From assembly GCA_002256025.1 (NCBI GenBank), contig NKIB01009726.1, forward strand, positions 1 to 64,000: a stretch of DNA of 64,000 nucleotides. The letters run 5' to 3'. Each line of letters starts with the position of its first letter. Position 1 is the first letter of the stretch. A program made the position numbers and the translations under genes. This DNA is from Asterionella formosa. Taxonomy: Eukaryota. The notes beneath the pieces were generated by a model that saw only the letters and a list, made by a program, of their open reading frames with translations, was not told the origin of the DNA and made no database searches. Positions 12,100-24,899 of this stretch are shown piece after piece.

Positions 12100-13496
12100 A
12101 TAATGTGCACTTGCAGCGGACTTTTGTGTGGTGCTCGCGTCATTGTTCGTCCTTGAAGGTCCTTGTCAAGGATTTTTCAAGGGCCGGAGAATAAGCAAGC
12201 AACGCTGTCATCGTCGGAACTTGAATGATTTGATAGAAGGATCCAGCATATGATTATTATATAACTTACTATAGAGGAAGAAATGTAACTTACCGTGAAG
12301 ATTTGGGTTTTCCCAACTGCCGCCGTGCTGCTGCAATGTCATGGAAGCAGGGTTTGGTTGGATGTCCAGCACATCGTCTTGCTTGCGTAACCAGCGGTCC
12401 AGTTACACTGAGACATGTAACTCAGCCAAGAATTAACTTTGCCGAATTTAAGTAACTCACCAGCTAACACGTATTAGCTAGTAGGCTTGAACGATGCTTG
12501 CAAATAAGGGCTGTCTCGGAGGCCCACCACAATATCACCTACTTGTTAGTATGATTTGGATGAGACGATTCGCTTATAGCAATCTGTTGTTCGTCCTTTT
12601 CACTGACTACTGTTCCCATAAATTGTTTTGTAGACACACAAGACTAGCCAATGTTTTAAATGTTCGACAAAGTCAAGAAGGGATATTGAATTAGATTTCC
12701 TTCTGTTTGCCCAAAAACTCAGGACTATATTACAGAGTGATTTATTAACAGATGGTTTAATTAAAAGCTCGAAACATAAAGGGTTAGCAGTGCTGTACAC
12801 CATCTCATCTGCCTGTCTCACACTGATGGACTTGAAAGGAAGTAGATGAAGCTGCAAAGAAATACATGATGCTCCCCTTGATGATATCCCACCTTCCTGG
12901 TACCAGTTACAAAAAATGTTTTTACCATTGCGGAGTCTCCTGCTGTGCATCATGCATTGCTAGAAAAGCACATCATATGTACAGCCACAAGAAAAAGTAC
13001 CTGGTACCTGGTACTGTGCATGCAAACGCGCACAGTTTCAAAATACTATCTTACCGTATATACAGCTGGTTCAAGTAAAGCCTAGGTATTCCGTAAACTG
13101 TACACAGTGCTGGTATGGTCCAGAAAATAGTTGATAAACCCAAACAATTGTGTGCACTTAACGCGCATGTTTGGTAGACTGCTACCAGTACCAGGTTGGA
13201 GTACCAGATACCGGTACCTGGTATTCCGTACCGTAGTACCAGGTACATAGACTACTACAGGTTGGTAGGGTTAGCATTGCTGTATGTATGATGTATACGG
13301 AGAAAACTACCGGTACCGGTACACGGTATCCGGCCTCCTTGTCAATCTGTTCATGCATCAAGATGAGATTGGATCACAAAGATCGCGGCGTTATTCTGAT
13401 TGCTGCTATAGGAGTGCTTGGCAACAAAAATCTTGAGCAACTCATCCACACCAGCCATCGCCCATATTTTTCAATCCAATCCCAGTACATATAGCC

Positions 13497-14652
13497 ATGA
13501 AGATTGCGCTGACTGTATTTGTTGCTTCTGCAGCTGTGCTGCGCCCCATTCACGGATTTTCTCTGTCACCGCCAAAGATGGTCAGTGGCATCGCGTCTAC
13601 GGCCAAGCGTGTACGAGATTCGCTCCTTTCCAAGGAGAGATCACGAGAGGACCTCAAAATTGGAATTGCTGGATTCTACGACCGGTCTTCCAAGCTATGG
13701 GAAGAAGTTTGGGGTGAGGTGAGTTCCTGTCGTGGTCAGGGAGTGTGCATGCATTGGAGGCGACACTGAAACCAAAACATCATTTCACAATTATAGCATA
13801 TGCACCATGGATACTACATCCCAGAAAATCGAACAGACCATGTACAGGCCCAGATTGACTTGATCGATGAAGTCCTGAAGTGGGCTGGGGTTGAGAAACC
13901 ACCCACCAGTGTTGTGGATGTTGGATGTGGCATTGGAGGATCCTCAAGGCATATTGCCGCCAAGTATAACTGCAAGGCCCAAGGAATCACGCTCAGCCCG
14001 TATCAAGCGAACAGAGGCAATGAATTGGCCAAGGAGCAAAATATTGAGCAGCAGGCGTCCTTTCAGGTAAGGACGCATACACGAACATGAGTGATTAGTG
14101 TTGAAACCAAACCATTCGCTATGTTAACCAGTCGTCTTTCAGGTCGCTGATGCCCTCGACATGCCATTTGAGGATAATTCGTTTGATTTGGTCTGGTCTC
14201 TGGAATCTGGTGAGCACATGCCCGATAAGAAAGCCTTTGTCAATGAACTATTCCGTGTCGCAACTCCAGGCGGTCGCATTATTATTGTCACATGGTGCCA
14301 CCGCGATTTAGAAATTGGGGAAACCTCCCTCAACAACAAGGAAATAAAGCTATTGGCCAAAATCAATAGGGCTTACTATTTGCCACGCTGGTGCTCGGTG
14401 AATGACTACGTGGAGTTGTTGAAAGCACAGGGTGCCACAGATATCAAGCGTGATGACTGGTCCTACATCATCGCCCCCTTTTGGAAAGCTGTTATTAAAT
14501 CATCACTCAATGTAAAGTCTGTTTGGGGGCTGTTGAAAAGTGGATTCTCGACGCAGCGTGGAGCATATGCTATGCTACTTATGCTTCGTGGATTCGACAG
14601 AGGGTTGATTAAATTTGGATTGATTACTTGTACAAAGCCTGACAACAAGTAA
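13497..14652 (+). CDS. VTE4: Gamma-tocopherol methyltransferase, plastid-targeted; exons 13497-13718, 13797-14066, 14143-14652
   Basis: After splicing: IAGFYDRSSKLWEEVWGEHMHHGYY, VDVGCGIGGSSR, SLESGEHMPDK and IIIVTWCHR. Signal peptide ends IHG-FS. Introns are GT-AG and in phase. Confidence 0.93.
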
Positions 14653-16101
14653 GATTTAAAATAGAGTAAAACTGAAATACTGATACTGTGGCAGACTCCA
14701 AGTGACGCGCTTGACTTGTTTTGGGGCACAGCATGGTGATATGTTGTTCATACTATGCCAAACAACAAAGTTGGGTGATCACATATACTGCGAATGAAGC
14801 CCCAGCTCATGAGAAATGGGTGATAGCTTGAACACCAACTTGAGTCTTGCAGTAAAAATCCCTAGAACAGTCTGGTCCAGCCTTGAGGCATCATCTAGAT
14901 CAATTATTTAATGAATGCACCTTTCAGTTGGGAAAGGCATTTGTATACATGGGGTTGCTAAGCCTCCATCCACATCCCATGTAATCATCATGTACCAGTG
15001 CAGTTGTGACATTTTTCTCTCAGGAAGGTCCAGTAATGCACATTTAGTGTGCTCCTTTTCAATTTCGACTCCTTCCTGATGATTTGTGCCATGCCTGCTG
15101 TGTGAGATATGTAGGGTGGCTCTTGATTTCAAACTTGCTGAAGTACTTGATGAAGCCATGATTTTTTAAACAGATGATGCTTTTCTGAAAAATCACGCCA
15201 AATTGTCTTCCAGTTCTGAAACAATACTGAGTTTGCTGAAAAACTGCTGAACAGCAATCAGGAAACATTGTTGAAATGCTGAATCATGACTATATGTAGC
15301 TATAGCCATCGTACTTGGAGTATCAACCAAAATTCAAATATTGAGCAAATGAATGATATTAATTAACAGCTAATGGAAGATTAAAATAAATTTGAAATGA
15401 AGCCATGTACCGGTAAGCTAGCCTATGGCCTGCATTCTTGGAAATAGATTGAAATTAGGACTCCGGTTCTTTGTTCGAATTTATCGGACTTGCTTTCCAG
15501 GTATTCCTACATGCTAAATAATAGTCGACCGGAGTACGGTAGGTACCAGGTACCGGTAGTTCTCTACCGGTAAAAACATGATAGCATTTCATTCAGCCTG
15601 TCCATGCGTGCTCGACATACCGGTAGTCGTGATCATGTTTCGAACAACAGCAGCCAATGAATTCAATCATGGAAACATGCATGATCAAATGTGCGCAAAT
15701 GCATGACAAGTGCCTGTGCCGGTAATACCGTGAGTATATTTGTCACAACAGCAAATACATACCGTAAGTACACTTTACAGCAAATAAACGTGTACCTGTG
15801 AATACTGTAGAAAATATAATTCCTGTCTCTACCTGGTACCTGGTGTCGTTCAGTACCTGGTACCCTGGTACCAGGTACCTGCTTGGACCGGGATAAAGTG
15901 ATCAGTAGGTACACGACAAGTTACCATGGTACCAGGTACCATGTGCTCCGAGTGCCAGGTAATTTATAGGAAGCCATCATCAGCCACCATGCTAATAATA
16001 AGCACGCGCAGTATCACAGCATCCACATTTTTTTGTTTTAGCTAGTATGAGCCATTAGAGCGATTGTTCTCATTGACACCACCCACCACCCACCACTCAC
16101 C

Positions 16102-17700
16102 ATGACGACTGCTAGTATAGCGACCATCGCTGACTTTACCTGCATAGAATCACATCCTTACGGAGTACTTCCTGGAGGAAACGTTTACATAGATGGATCA
16201 GAACCAATAAAAGCGCAACGATCGCTCCTCCCATCTGATGAATTATGGCAGAATGTGTTGAGCTTCTGCGATGGAGTGTCACTGGGAAGGTTCGTGCAAA
16301 CATGCCGGGATTTTTATGTCGCAGGTCATCAGCCCGAGCTGTGGAGAGATCTAGTGTTGAGAGAACTCAATCAAGAGCCTTTGATCTTGGACTTCTGTGG
16401 TCCGACCTGGAAGGATACCTTCGCACAACGGCGATGCACTCGAGTCGTTCCACCGCCTCACGTGCCAATGGCAGTGCGAGGGGTGTATTCTGATTTTTAC
16501 TACCGAACTCATCTCTGTCGATCCTTTCAGATTCCGGAATCATGGATGCAACCGACAACTAGTGGTGTAGATCGAGTACACGATATTTCAATGCTAGATT
16601 TTTTGACAAACTACGAACAGGCCAACAAACCAATTGTTTTGGCTGGAGCTGCCAAGACATGGAAGGCATTACAGAAATGGACATCAATAGATTACCTTAC
16701 CAAAATGACCAAGGGAAAATATTTTAGAGCTACCAGTGGAGCAGCCCCTCTCCCTGCACAGTTCTCGCTACAATCATATTCGCAATATTCATCGTCGACA
16801 ATTCTTGAAGAATCTCCACTCTACTTGTTTGATCGAACCGCTCTTCTAGACACACCCTTACATGACGATTACTATCCAGACTTGCAACGTACATGTCCTT
16901 ACTTTGATCCAGCCCGCATTTCAGAAAACGGCCACGATTTAATGTCCCTCCTTGGTGAAGGGGCCAGACCGGACCACACATGGCTCATTGTCGGACCTCT
17001 ACGATCGGGAAGTGCCTTTCACATGGACCCCAATGCTACACATGCTTGGAATGTTTCCATCGTTGGTCGGAAACGATGGATATTTTACCCACCCGGTGTA
17101 ACTCCACCGGGGGTGCACCCATCGCCCAATGGGGATCATGTTGCCATGCCCATTAGTTTGGGGGAGTGGATACTGAATTTCTGGAACGAGCATGTGGCGA
17201 GATATAGAGACGTTCCATCTCGGCGACCTATGGAATGCACAGTGGAAGCGGGTGATATAGTGTTTGTGCCGCATGGATGGTGGCATATGGTGATTAATTT
17301 GGATTCGACCAACATTGCAGTGACACATAACTATGCGAGCAAAAGCAATTTGTCGACCGTGTTGAGGTTTCTTCAGTTGAAGGAAGATCAGATCAGTGGC
17401 TGTCGTGATCGCCAGGAGAGCATCAAGCCAGAAGACTTGTATAGAGAGTTCTGCAAGGTACTCAAAACGAGCTACCCAGAGTGGGTAGAAGAAGCACAGC
17501 AAAAGGCAAACGCTGGATGGTCCTGCGCAGCGTGGAGGGACGATACCAAAAAAGAAAAGCCTAAGTCAAAGCAATTTCTTAACGGAAAGCGCCGACGAAT
17601 TGAAGAGGAGTCCAATAATAGCATCATGGCGAAGGCAAAGACATCAACAGCATCCGACTCTCCCACGGCGACTACTGGATTTAGTTTTTCATTTCTATGA
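16102..17700 (+). CDS. F-box plus JmjC domain protein (JMJD6-like 2OG-Fe(II) oxygenase)
   Basis: LPSDELWQNVLSF F-box; PLYLFD; GSAFHMDPNATHAWN (HxD); FVPHGWWHMVINL. Confidence 0.9.
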   Translation: MTTASIATIADFTCIESHPYGVLPGGNVYIDGSEPIKAQRSLLPSDELWQNVLSFCDGVSLGRFVQTCRDFYVAGHQPELWRDLVLRELNQEPLILDFCGPTWKDTFAQRRCTRVVPPPHVPMAVRGVYSDFYYRTHLCRSFQIPESWMQPTTSGVDRVHDISMLDFLTNYEQANKPIVLAGAAKTWKALQKWTSIDYLTKMTKGKYFRATSGAAPLPAQFSLQSYSQYSSSTILEESPLYLFDRTALLDTPLHDDYYPDLQRTCPYFDPARISENGHDLMSLLGEGARPDHTWLIVGPLRSGSAFHMDPNATHAWNVSIVGRKRWIFYPPGVTPPGVHPSPNGDHVAMPISLGEWILNFWNEHVARYRDVPSRRPMECTVEAGDIVFVPHGWWHMVINLDSTNIAVTHNYASKSNLSTVLRFLQLKEDQISGCRDRQESIKPEDLYREFCKVLKTSYPEWVEEAQQKANAGWSCAAWRDDTKKEKPKSKQFLNGKRRRIEEESNNSIMAKAKTSTASDSPTATTGFSFSFL

Positions 17701-17749
17701 TTGCTCGCGACTCTAGATGGTGTATTAGATACGGCACTGCTGGTGTGCT

Positions 17750-18610
17750 CTATAATACCCGTTCGTGTTCTTCTTCTTCAGATGATGAACTGTTGGCTAT
17801 GTTGAATACTTTTTCGTGAATGCTAGGGGACATAGAAGTATCAAATTCCTTTTTCAGGGCGAAGTCCGGTACCATCTCCAATGCCAAAGAATTTGATTCT
17901 GCATATTTTTCTAATGTTCGTTTTCGCTTTTTGGCCAGTTGACGCCCCCATATATACCAATACGCAGCTCTCCAGAGCACTCTAACAGAAAACATCAAGG
18001 CCCCCCACATAATCCATTTCCAAGGATTTTCAAGTAAGATAAATGCCATGGCGTTGAAAGCCATAAGGATGAGAATGAGTACCGGCATGCCTCGATCGGT
18101 CAAGTCGCAGTACGAAGAGACTGTTAGAGAAAATCGTTCCAAATCGCTATTTAATGAGAGCATACGTTCCATACGTTTCCGTTTCGTTTCTATTCTCGCT
18201 TTGCAAAAGACCTCCCATACAATGGAAAGAGAGAGTCTACCCTCCTCCATCCGTTCGTCCAATGTCGATCCAGCACTAAGCTGAGTTCGTATACGCTCCA
18301 CAGTACCTTCTGTAAAATCTAAATTGTATCGTCCAAGTTCCGCATCTTCGTCGTCAAGATCAAAGGACGTCATAGTAAAGGATGCATCGTGAGGCGTCGC
18401 CACCGTCTCCGCCGCTGTTTCCATGTGATCATATTCTTCATCCATTGTGGCCACGCGATGAAAGGATGCATTAGTTTCCAGGATACTTCGTCTCCAGGAA
18501 GGAACTACAATGTTGACATTATTCTCTGCATCGTCACTTTGAAATTGTTCGCTAGAGCTGTCCTCCTGTACTCGCCGATAGCGTTCCGACTCCGGCATGA
18601 TTGATTTCAT
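17750..18610 (-). CDS. Hypothetical membrane protein with 2 predicted TM helices
   Basis: ORF of about 286 aa with an acidic N-terminus and hydrophobic segments VLILILMAFNAMAFIL and WIMWGALMFSV. Start uncertain. Confidence 0.7.
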   Translation of the reverse strand: MKSIMPESERYRRVQEDSSSEQFQSDDAENNVNIVVPSWRRSILETNASFHRVATMDEEYDHMETAAETVATPHDASFTMTSFDLDDEDAELGRYNLDFTEGTVERIRTQLSAGSTLDERMEEGRLSLSIVWEVFCKARIETKRKRMERMLSLNSDLERFSLTVSSYCDLTDRGMPVLILILMAFNAMAFILLENPWKWIMWGALMFSVRVLWRAAYWYIWGRQLAKKRKRTLEKYAESNSLALEMVPDFALKKEFDTSMSPSIHEKVFNIANSSSSEEEEHERVL

Positions 18611-19073
18611 TTCTTTTTTCCAACGACAGGGCAATGCTGCAGTCGTAACCTTAACAGAGTCTCCTTTCGTGTGTCCCTTGTTCTTTTAAAATGGATTAAC
18701 TCGGACGTAGGGTATCGCTAATGCAATAGGTGGATGACTGATGAAGGACTCCCTATTGGTAATAGTCAGGAATTCTCCTGTAACAAAAGTACACCGGTCA
18801 ACGATAATATATGCAACACAATCGACAGTTACGATCTATGAAAGACTACAACAGAGATTGGATGATCAAAATGAGATCGTGGTCATGATACGGTAGATGA
18901 TAGCACGGCCCAGAATCCTATCGTGCCGCACGTCTAAAACTTTCTAGATTCCTCGCCGAGGAGGAACCATGACGAGCGAGCAATCATGAAGCGGGAGCTG
19001 AGTTGAGATCCTGTCTTACTTCCGTTTTGGCGATGTTGGGAGACCTCGTAGCCATGTATCGTATTGTTCTGGG

Positions 19074-19098
19074 GAGCAGGGAGCAGGGAGCAGGGAGC
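19074..19098. repeat. Short (GAGCAGG)n heptamer microsatellite
   Basis: GAGCAGG x3 plus GAGC read directly. Confidence 0.8.
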
Positions 19099-19558
19099 GA
19101 GGATGTCACCCTGGTACCAGGTACTGTACCTGGTACATCATACCAGCAAGCTGCGGTAATTTTGCTGGAACTAAAGCTTTAGCTCTCTTTATCCCAGATT
19201 GAAATGTTAGTTTAAGCAAAATGACCGCAACTTGCAGGTACCACTATTTCAATTTGTGGTAAATGAGAAATTAAGCTTTGTTTTTCTCGTAGTAAGATCC
19301 GTCTTTTACCGCAACTTCGTCCCTTGATACCGTGAACACATAGTAGGCATATTCTTTGCCAGTTCGGTGTGGAATATTGTTAAATTCTCCTCGGTTTGAA
19401 ACCAGTTCAACATTCCAAACACGCACCAAAAGAGGAGAGTGCATTTCAGAGGCCAGAAAGAAGCATTGATCCGTATTTGTTAACATCCAGGCAAAGATCA
19501 AACAGAGGAGTACAACCGACCACATAAATACCGTCATCACAACATTGTATTGGTCGCA

Positions 19559-20872
19559 ATGAGCGAGAACCGAATGCAGACATGGAAGCTAGCAGCGACT
19601 CTTTCATTGCTGTGCCTTCCACCGACAGCTGCATTTGTTCTGCACAAACCTCAAGCCACACCAACAACTATCCATTCATGCCAATTGCTTGGAATGAACT
19701 GCGCCACACCTACTGATTTCCAATTTTCGTTTCAAGGATTTTGCCAACGCGGTGGGGTCACCGATGTGCACGCCGATGGATGGGGACTCATCTTTTACGA
19801 CGGAAAGGGGACCCGAGCGTTTCATGATGTGGAAGCTGCCAGCACGTCGCCGATTGCAAAGTTCCTAGGACAATATGATATTAAAACTCTCAATATGATG
19901 GCGCATATAAGATATGCCACGCAGGGTCAAGTCGACTTGGCCAATGTGCATCCTTTTCAACGAGAAATGTGGGGCATTCAATTTAGTTTCTGTCACAATG
20001 GAGATGTGCCCATGTTTTCAGGCTTGGACGGAAGTGTTCTGCCATCTCTTGGCAAAAAATCTTCCGAGGGTTCATTGGATCAAGTGTAAGTGTGTGCTTG
20101 TTGTCGTCATACATCATGGAGGCAACATATATCAGCAAGTCAATATCAGGCAGGCAGTATACGAACCTTCAGAAACATGGGGATGGGTTATGGTCATTAA
20201 TGTGCTCTCTCTATTGATGCTTTGTCGTGAATAATCAGTTTTCATTTATTTTTTCCTGTGAATTAACTCGTTGAGCCTGCTTCATCTCCTAGATATTTTC
20301 CGATCGGAAGTACAGACTCAGAAGCTGTCTTTTGCGCCATACTCAATGCGTTGAGAACCAAATTCCGCACCCTCCCTTCACTTCCAGTTCTACACGAAAC
20401 TTTACAAAAATTATGTGAAGAGGTTGTTAACTACTCACCAAACTCGACTATTCTCAACTTCCTGTTGGCATGTGGGCCTCATACCCTTTGGGTCTACTCA
20501 TGGCCAGGCGCCCGGCCTGGTTCTAATGTTTGGAACGGGCTGAGTTACACCATTCGCGAATGGCCCTTTCGAAAGTGTCAGTTACAGGATTTGGACTACG
20601 AAGTGGACTTTTCGCAGGTGACGAGACGAAATGACAGAGTGGCAGTTATTGCAACCAAGCCACTGACAACAGACGAAGAGTGGGTGGAGTTGAACCCTGG
20701 GGAATTGATTTTGTTCGACGAAGGGCTGCCGCACAATCTTCCAGAGGAATGTTTTGAAGTGGAGTTGAATGGGCATGGGTTAGCAAGCAAGGTACTTGCA
20801 CCACCTAGATTAGAGGAAGACATGCGGCGATATAATTCCAGAAACGCTCATTTTGCCGGAGGAGGAATATAA
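19559..20872 (+). CDS. Class II glutamine amidotransferase, YafJ-like, with bipartite plastid presequence; intron 20086-20292
   Basis: [37 protein letters not shown] and HNG. Splicing gives [13 protein letters not shown], then IATKPLT. Presequence ends PTAA-FV. Confidence 0.9.
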
Positions 20873-21185
20873 CACCACCATCTATAGCATGAGCGTGATT
20901 GACCCTTCCCAAGATTATGGGTCCCTTGTTACGAAATCTTTTTATAATACGCAACACAGAATATGGGTAGATTGATGGACTACCAGTTATAGTCGACCTA
21001 ACCTATAAAAAAATACACCATTGGCACCAGAGTATAACACTTTATACTCACAACAAGGATTATTTCTTCTTGTTTTTACATTACGAGCAATTATGCAGAG
21101 AAGACAGGACAAATGATACCAAGGTAGCTTCAGTGATCACATCTCCTCCTTCGCCTCTTAAAGTGAGTATAGCGATTGCTCTCCA

Positions 21186-21863
21186 TTAAATTCCTGTACG
21201 GTTATCGACCACAATGAGATGATATCCAAACTATAGGGCAATACATGAAGCTTTATTCTGAGAACATTGCAACAGGAAGATAATTATATTTTGTCACCTG
21301 CTCGCAAACGAGAGCTTTATCTCACCTTTGTTTGGACTGGACCAACTACTTCGCCAATAATTGTAGTAGGCGAGAAAATGACTTTGTCAAACTCTGGCAC
21401 CATTGTTCCTGGCGAAAAGGAGCCAAGTGATCCACCTCTTGCAGCGCCAGAAGGACATTTCGAAAACTCATTGGCTAGAGAAGCAAATGTAGATCCAGTT
21501 GATATTTTCTCAAGAATCATGTCGGCGTCGTCCATTGTCTTGACCAAAATGTGACGAGCAGTTGCTTCGATACCTTCTACAGGGACAGCATACTGAACAA
21601 ACCAAAGAAGTTAGGACAAACACTTATGATTTTTGTTTTTATCTGACTGGTGTGCATCACAGGCTTATGAATCGCACCTCTTCATTTGAAAAGGCTTTCG
21701 TAATGCCATCAAAGAAACCCATGTGAATCTTTGTCTCTAAATTGGTAACCGCATGAGCCCAAGGAGTTGCCCCAGTAGTATGGGTCACAAAGCCTTGGAT
21801 TTCCGGAAGCAGAAGGGACATTACGAGGACAAAGCAAATATTGAAGCAATGAGTGGTCTGCAT
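21186..21863 (-). CDS. Parvulin-type (PpiC) peptidyl-prolyl isomerase, plastid-targeted; exons 21863-21678, 21592-21326, 21230-21186
   Basis: Spliced protein contains ATARHILVK, FSKCPSGAARGGSLG, MVPEFD and PVQTKFGYHLIVV. Signal ends IQG-FV. Confidence 0.92.
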
Positions 21864-22259
21864 TGTCACTGAAAGGATTCTGTTAAGTTTTGATGAAGTT
21901 TTGATCCACTGTTCACTGCTCGCTCATCAGGTGTGCCAAGTGGGCCCTCATCATTGTTACTACATAACAAAAAAGGGATACCGGTATTCGAATACATGAT
22001 ATAGTACGGACAGGTGCCGTGTGCGTATACATGCGACCACAAGAATTTGGGCATTTTTCACGTATACCGGTATTGAAGTTGAGACATCACGGATGTGAAA
22101 TGTGAGGATATTCAGTGGAGTACCGGTATACGCTCACATTATTATGTATATTTATCGTGCAAAGAAAATATTATTTGGTAGTTGTTCACAAAATCATCTT
22201 TATCATTAATAATTGGTGAAATGGGTATATGCCAATTTATTCGTCCAAATGTGGAAACA

Positions 22260-23200
22260 TCAAAATGTGGAAAAATGGCTAAAAAAGCAAACAACAATGA
22301 CCAGTAAGCAAAGTGAGCAAACGTAAGCACATTTTGCTTAATTTGCTTTATAATCTCCAAACTCTAAATCATTCTCATTTTCCGGTCAAAGTGATGAAAA
22401 CAACCTATCTTAATTAATGGTTTCAAAGTTGTTGGGATTTGAAATTTATAACCACCACCAGCATTCTTATCCTGCCAACTACCCAATATAACTAATATCT
22501 ACTACTAGATGTACAGTATGAAAATATATCGACTGTAGACTAAAAGGAAATATGCTGGTAAAATTTTTTGAAATCTCTCTTCATCATGCTTCCATCATTA
22601 CCATGTCACAATGCATCCCTTTGCAGCATCAATACAAGGAATCAATTCTCTGTTAATAAATAGCTTTTTTCACATCTTTTGCTTCCAATAATCATGTCAT
22701 TGTTTTAGTCATCACAGAAGTCTTTGTGTAACTTTTGTAAAGTATCAAATCTGTTCATCATACCATGGTTTTTTAATGGTGCAACTATAAGTTACATGAA
22801 AAACTGTGCAATTGTTGACTTCAATTTTCCTTGCTAATATTGTTAGTGTATTAGAATAATTGTTTTATGATTGTATTGTCTATGTTGTGCTTAATATATA
22901 TTTATATGAACCATTTTCATTTTTCATGGAGATATTCCTTATTATTATCATCTCAAGGCTGAGGCAACATGATGCAGTATGAAGCTGGCAAATGAATATT
23001 GAAATCCTAATGCCTTTAGAACAATGCAGCCCATTATGGGTTGTTTTCATGACTTTGGCTAGAAAAGGAGAACGCTTTCAATTTTGGAGAATATGAAGCA
23101 ATGTAAGCAAAATGTGCTTACTTTTCATTAAGTTTTTTTGCTTACTTTGCTTACTGTTCATTGCCATTTGCCTTTTTCTTTCCATTAGCCAATGTTGTCA
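22260..23200. mobile_element. Non-autonomous element with long imperfect inverted repeats (MULE/MITE-like)
   Basis: 22295-22382 (CAATGACCAGTAAGCAAAGTGAGCAAA...GTAAGCACATTTTGCTTA...CTCCAAA) is the reverse complement of about 23063-23163. The interior is AT-rich and non-coding. Ends are approximate. Confidence 0.65.
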
Positions 23201-23699
23201 AGTTTTCATGTCTGGAACGAGAAAATAAGCAAAAAACTATGTCACTTCGACGTTGTGAGACAGAAAATTTCAAAAGAGTAAATTGCTGACATCTCTCCTG
23301 TCACATGTTGTCAGTTTCAGCAAAATGACGTAACTTGCTGTACTGCCTGCTGCTACACTAGAACAGTGCATCTTCCATAGTGCTGCTATGTACGCAGTGC
23401 TGCACTGCTAACCGGTACTCATCTGCACGCAACATAGACAGCTAAAGCAACATGCCGCGCTCCAGTGGTGGCCGTATTTTAGCAGAAATTGGAGTTGGTG
23501 GTCTTGGATGTCGAAATATAGTCAACGACAAAAATCAGAATTGGTTGTGTCCTACAATCAAACAACCTCCTCCTGCAACAATCACATCTACCATTCAACC
23601 AGCTTTTCAGCAAAGCAGGAATCAAGTCATCGATTATCCTTCATTGTCTCCGACTAAAGATATAATATGGAGCATGGATTAAAAAAAACCGGAACCTTT

Positions 23700-24400
23700 C
23701 TCTAACCGAATTCACGGTGTCCTCCAAAGCACCAATCAACCACTTGTTTGGTTGCCACGACTACTGCTCTGAGTCATGGTGTCCTGTAAAGTCTGGGAAA
23801 AGTGTTAGTAACGGAAAATATCATGACAAGGAAAAGGAAACGAAATTATACGAATGGTTAATGAAAAATGTGGCAACAAAAGTCGAAGGAGAAAAGCTCC
23901 TTTCATTGTATCATCCATTCGATACACAGATGAATGAGGGAATGAACAATGCAGTGTCACGACGATGTCCAAAGAACAAAGTGTTCGCAGGATCTGGTGG
24001 ACTAAAATACAGTGTGGCATCAGTTGCCGGACAACAAACACAAGGAGTCACAAAATACAATAAAGATGTATACAAACGATGTGGAATGAAAATGTCCCAA
24101 CTGCAAGAATCCTTCTGGAAACAAAAGGAAAAGCGATGGAACGATGGTGCAGCCTAGAAAGCGCAATTCAATCGGAAAAGGAAACGAAACGAAAAAATCA
24201 TGCTGCACGATTTGAAGCTGTCAAACAAGAAAGGCACGAAAATAAAACTGGAAAGACTTACAGTTCTGGGGTGGCTTTATTAGAAGACCAAGCAAGATCA
24301 GGAGGCCACAACAAAGAATGCAAATGCGCAATGCAAACATTGCGGCCGGAATGATCATCAGAGAAAAAGCAGCACACTCTGTCCATTCTTTCAAGGCAAA
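23700..24400 (+). pseudogene. Mutator-like (MULE) transposase C-terminal fragment, disrupted
   Basis: NHLFGCHDYCSESWCP and DTQMNEGMNNAVSRRCPK match MULE motifs (HxFGxHxxC..WC; TQxNExxN..PK). After a stop/frameshift near 24155 come GKTYSSG and a zinc knuckle CKHCGRNDHQRKSSTLCPF. Confidence 0.75.
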
Positions 24401-24770
24401 GCGAATCATAGTACCGGTACTGGTATTGCATGTGCATCCAGTGTGGCCGGCGTAAGTTTGCAACAACCTGGTGCAGATCAGGCAAATCAAATGGACATAA
24501 GTAATTCATGTTGACCAATCATATTGTATATGTGGAAGCGGGCACTTACAATGGAATTTGTTGGACAGGAGATTTTAGTACAAAAATTCCGGCACACAAC
24601 TACTATTCCGATGATGACGTTTTGGCTCATAGTGATTCTGATACCGATATTTTGGCGACCATAGAAAAGGCGATTTTGTCGAGTTTTTGGCCAACAATAG
24701 CTCAATGTTGGCTGGGTCTGAAGACAATTTAGATACATGGGTAACTTGCAAATAGCACCAGTATATAACT

Positions 24771-24899
24771 TCTGGCGAGAAACTGCAGAAAGGAACTTCG
24801 GTTTTTTTACTATGCCAAATAAACAGATTTCCCCCGACATTTCGAGTCTTTTTAGCCTAGTTAAAAAACCGAAGCTCCTTTCTGCAGTTTCTGACCAGA
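24771..24899. repeat. 42-bp inverted repeat (long hairpin) near the end of the MULE remnant
   Basis: TCTGGCGAGAAACTGCAGAAAGGAACTTCGGTTTTTTTACTA (24771-24812) pairs with 24858-24899, with about 4 mismatches. Confidence 0.85.

Noticed and set aside
14780..15270. Possible decayed coding sequence on the minus strand
   Set aside because: Multiple stops in all frames and no recognisable motif.
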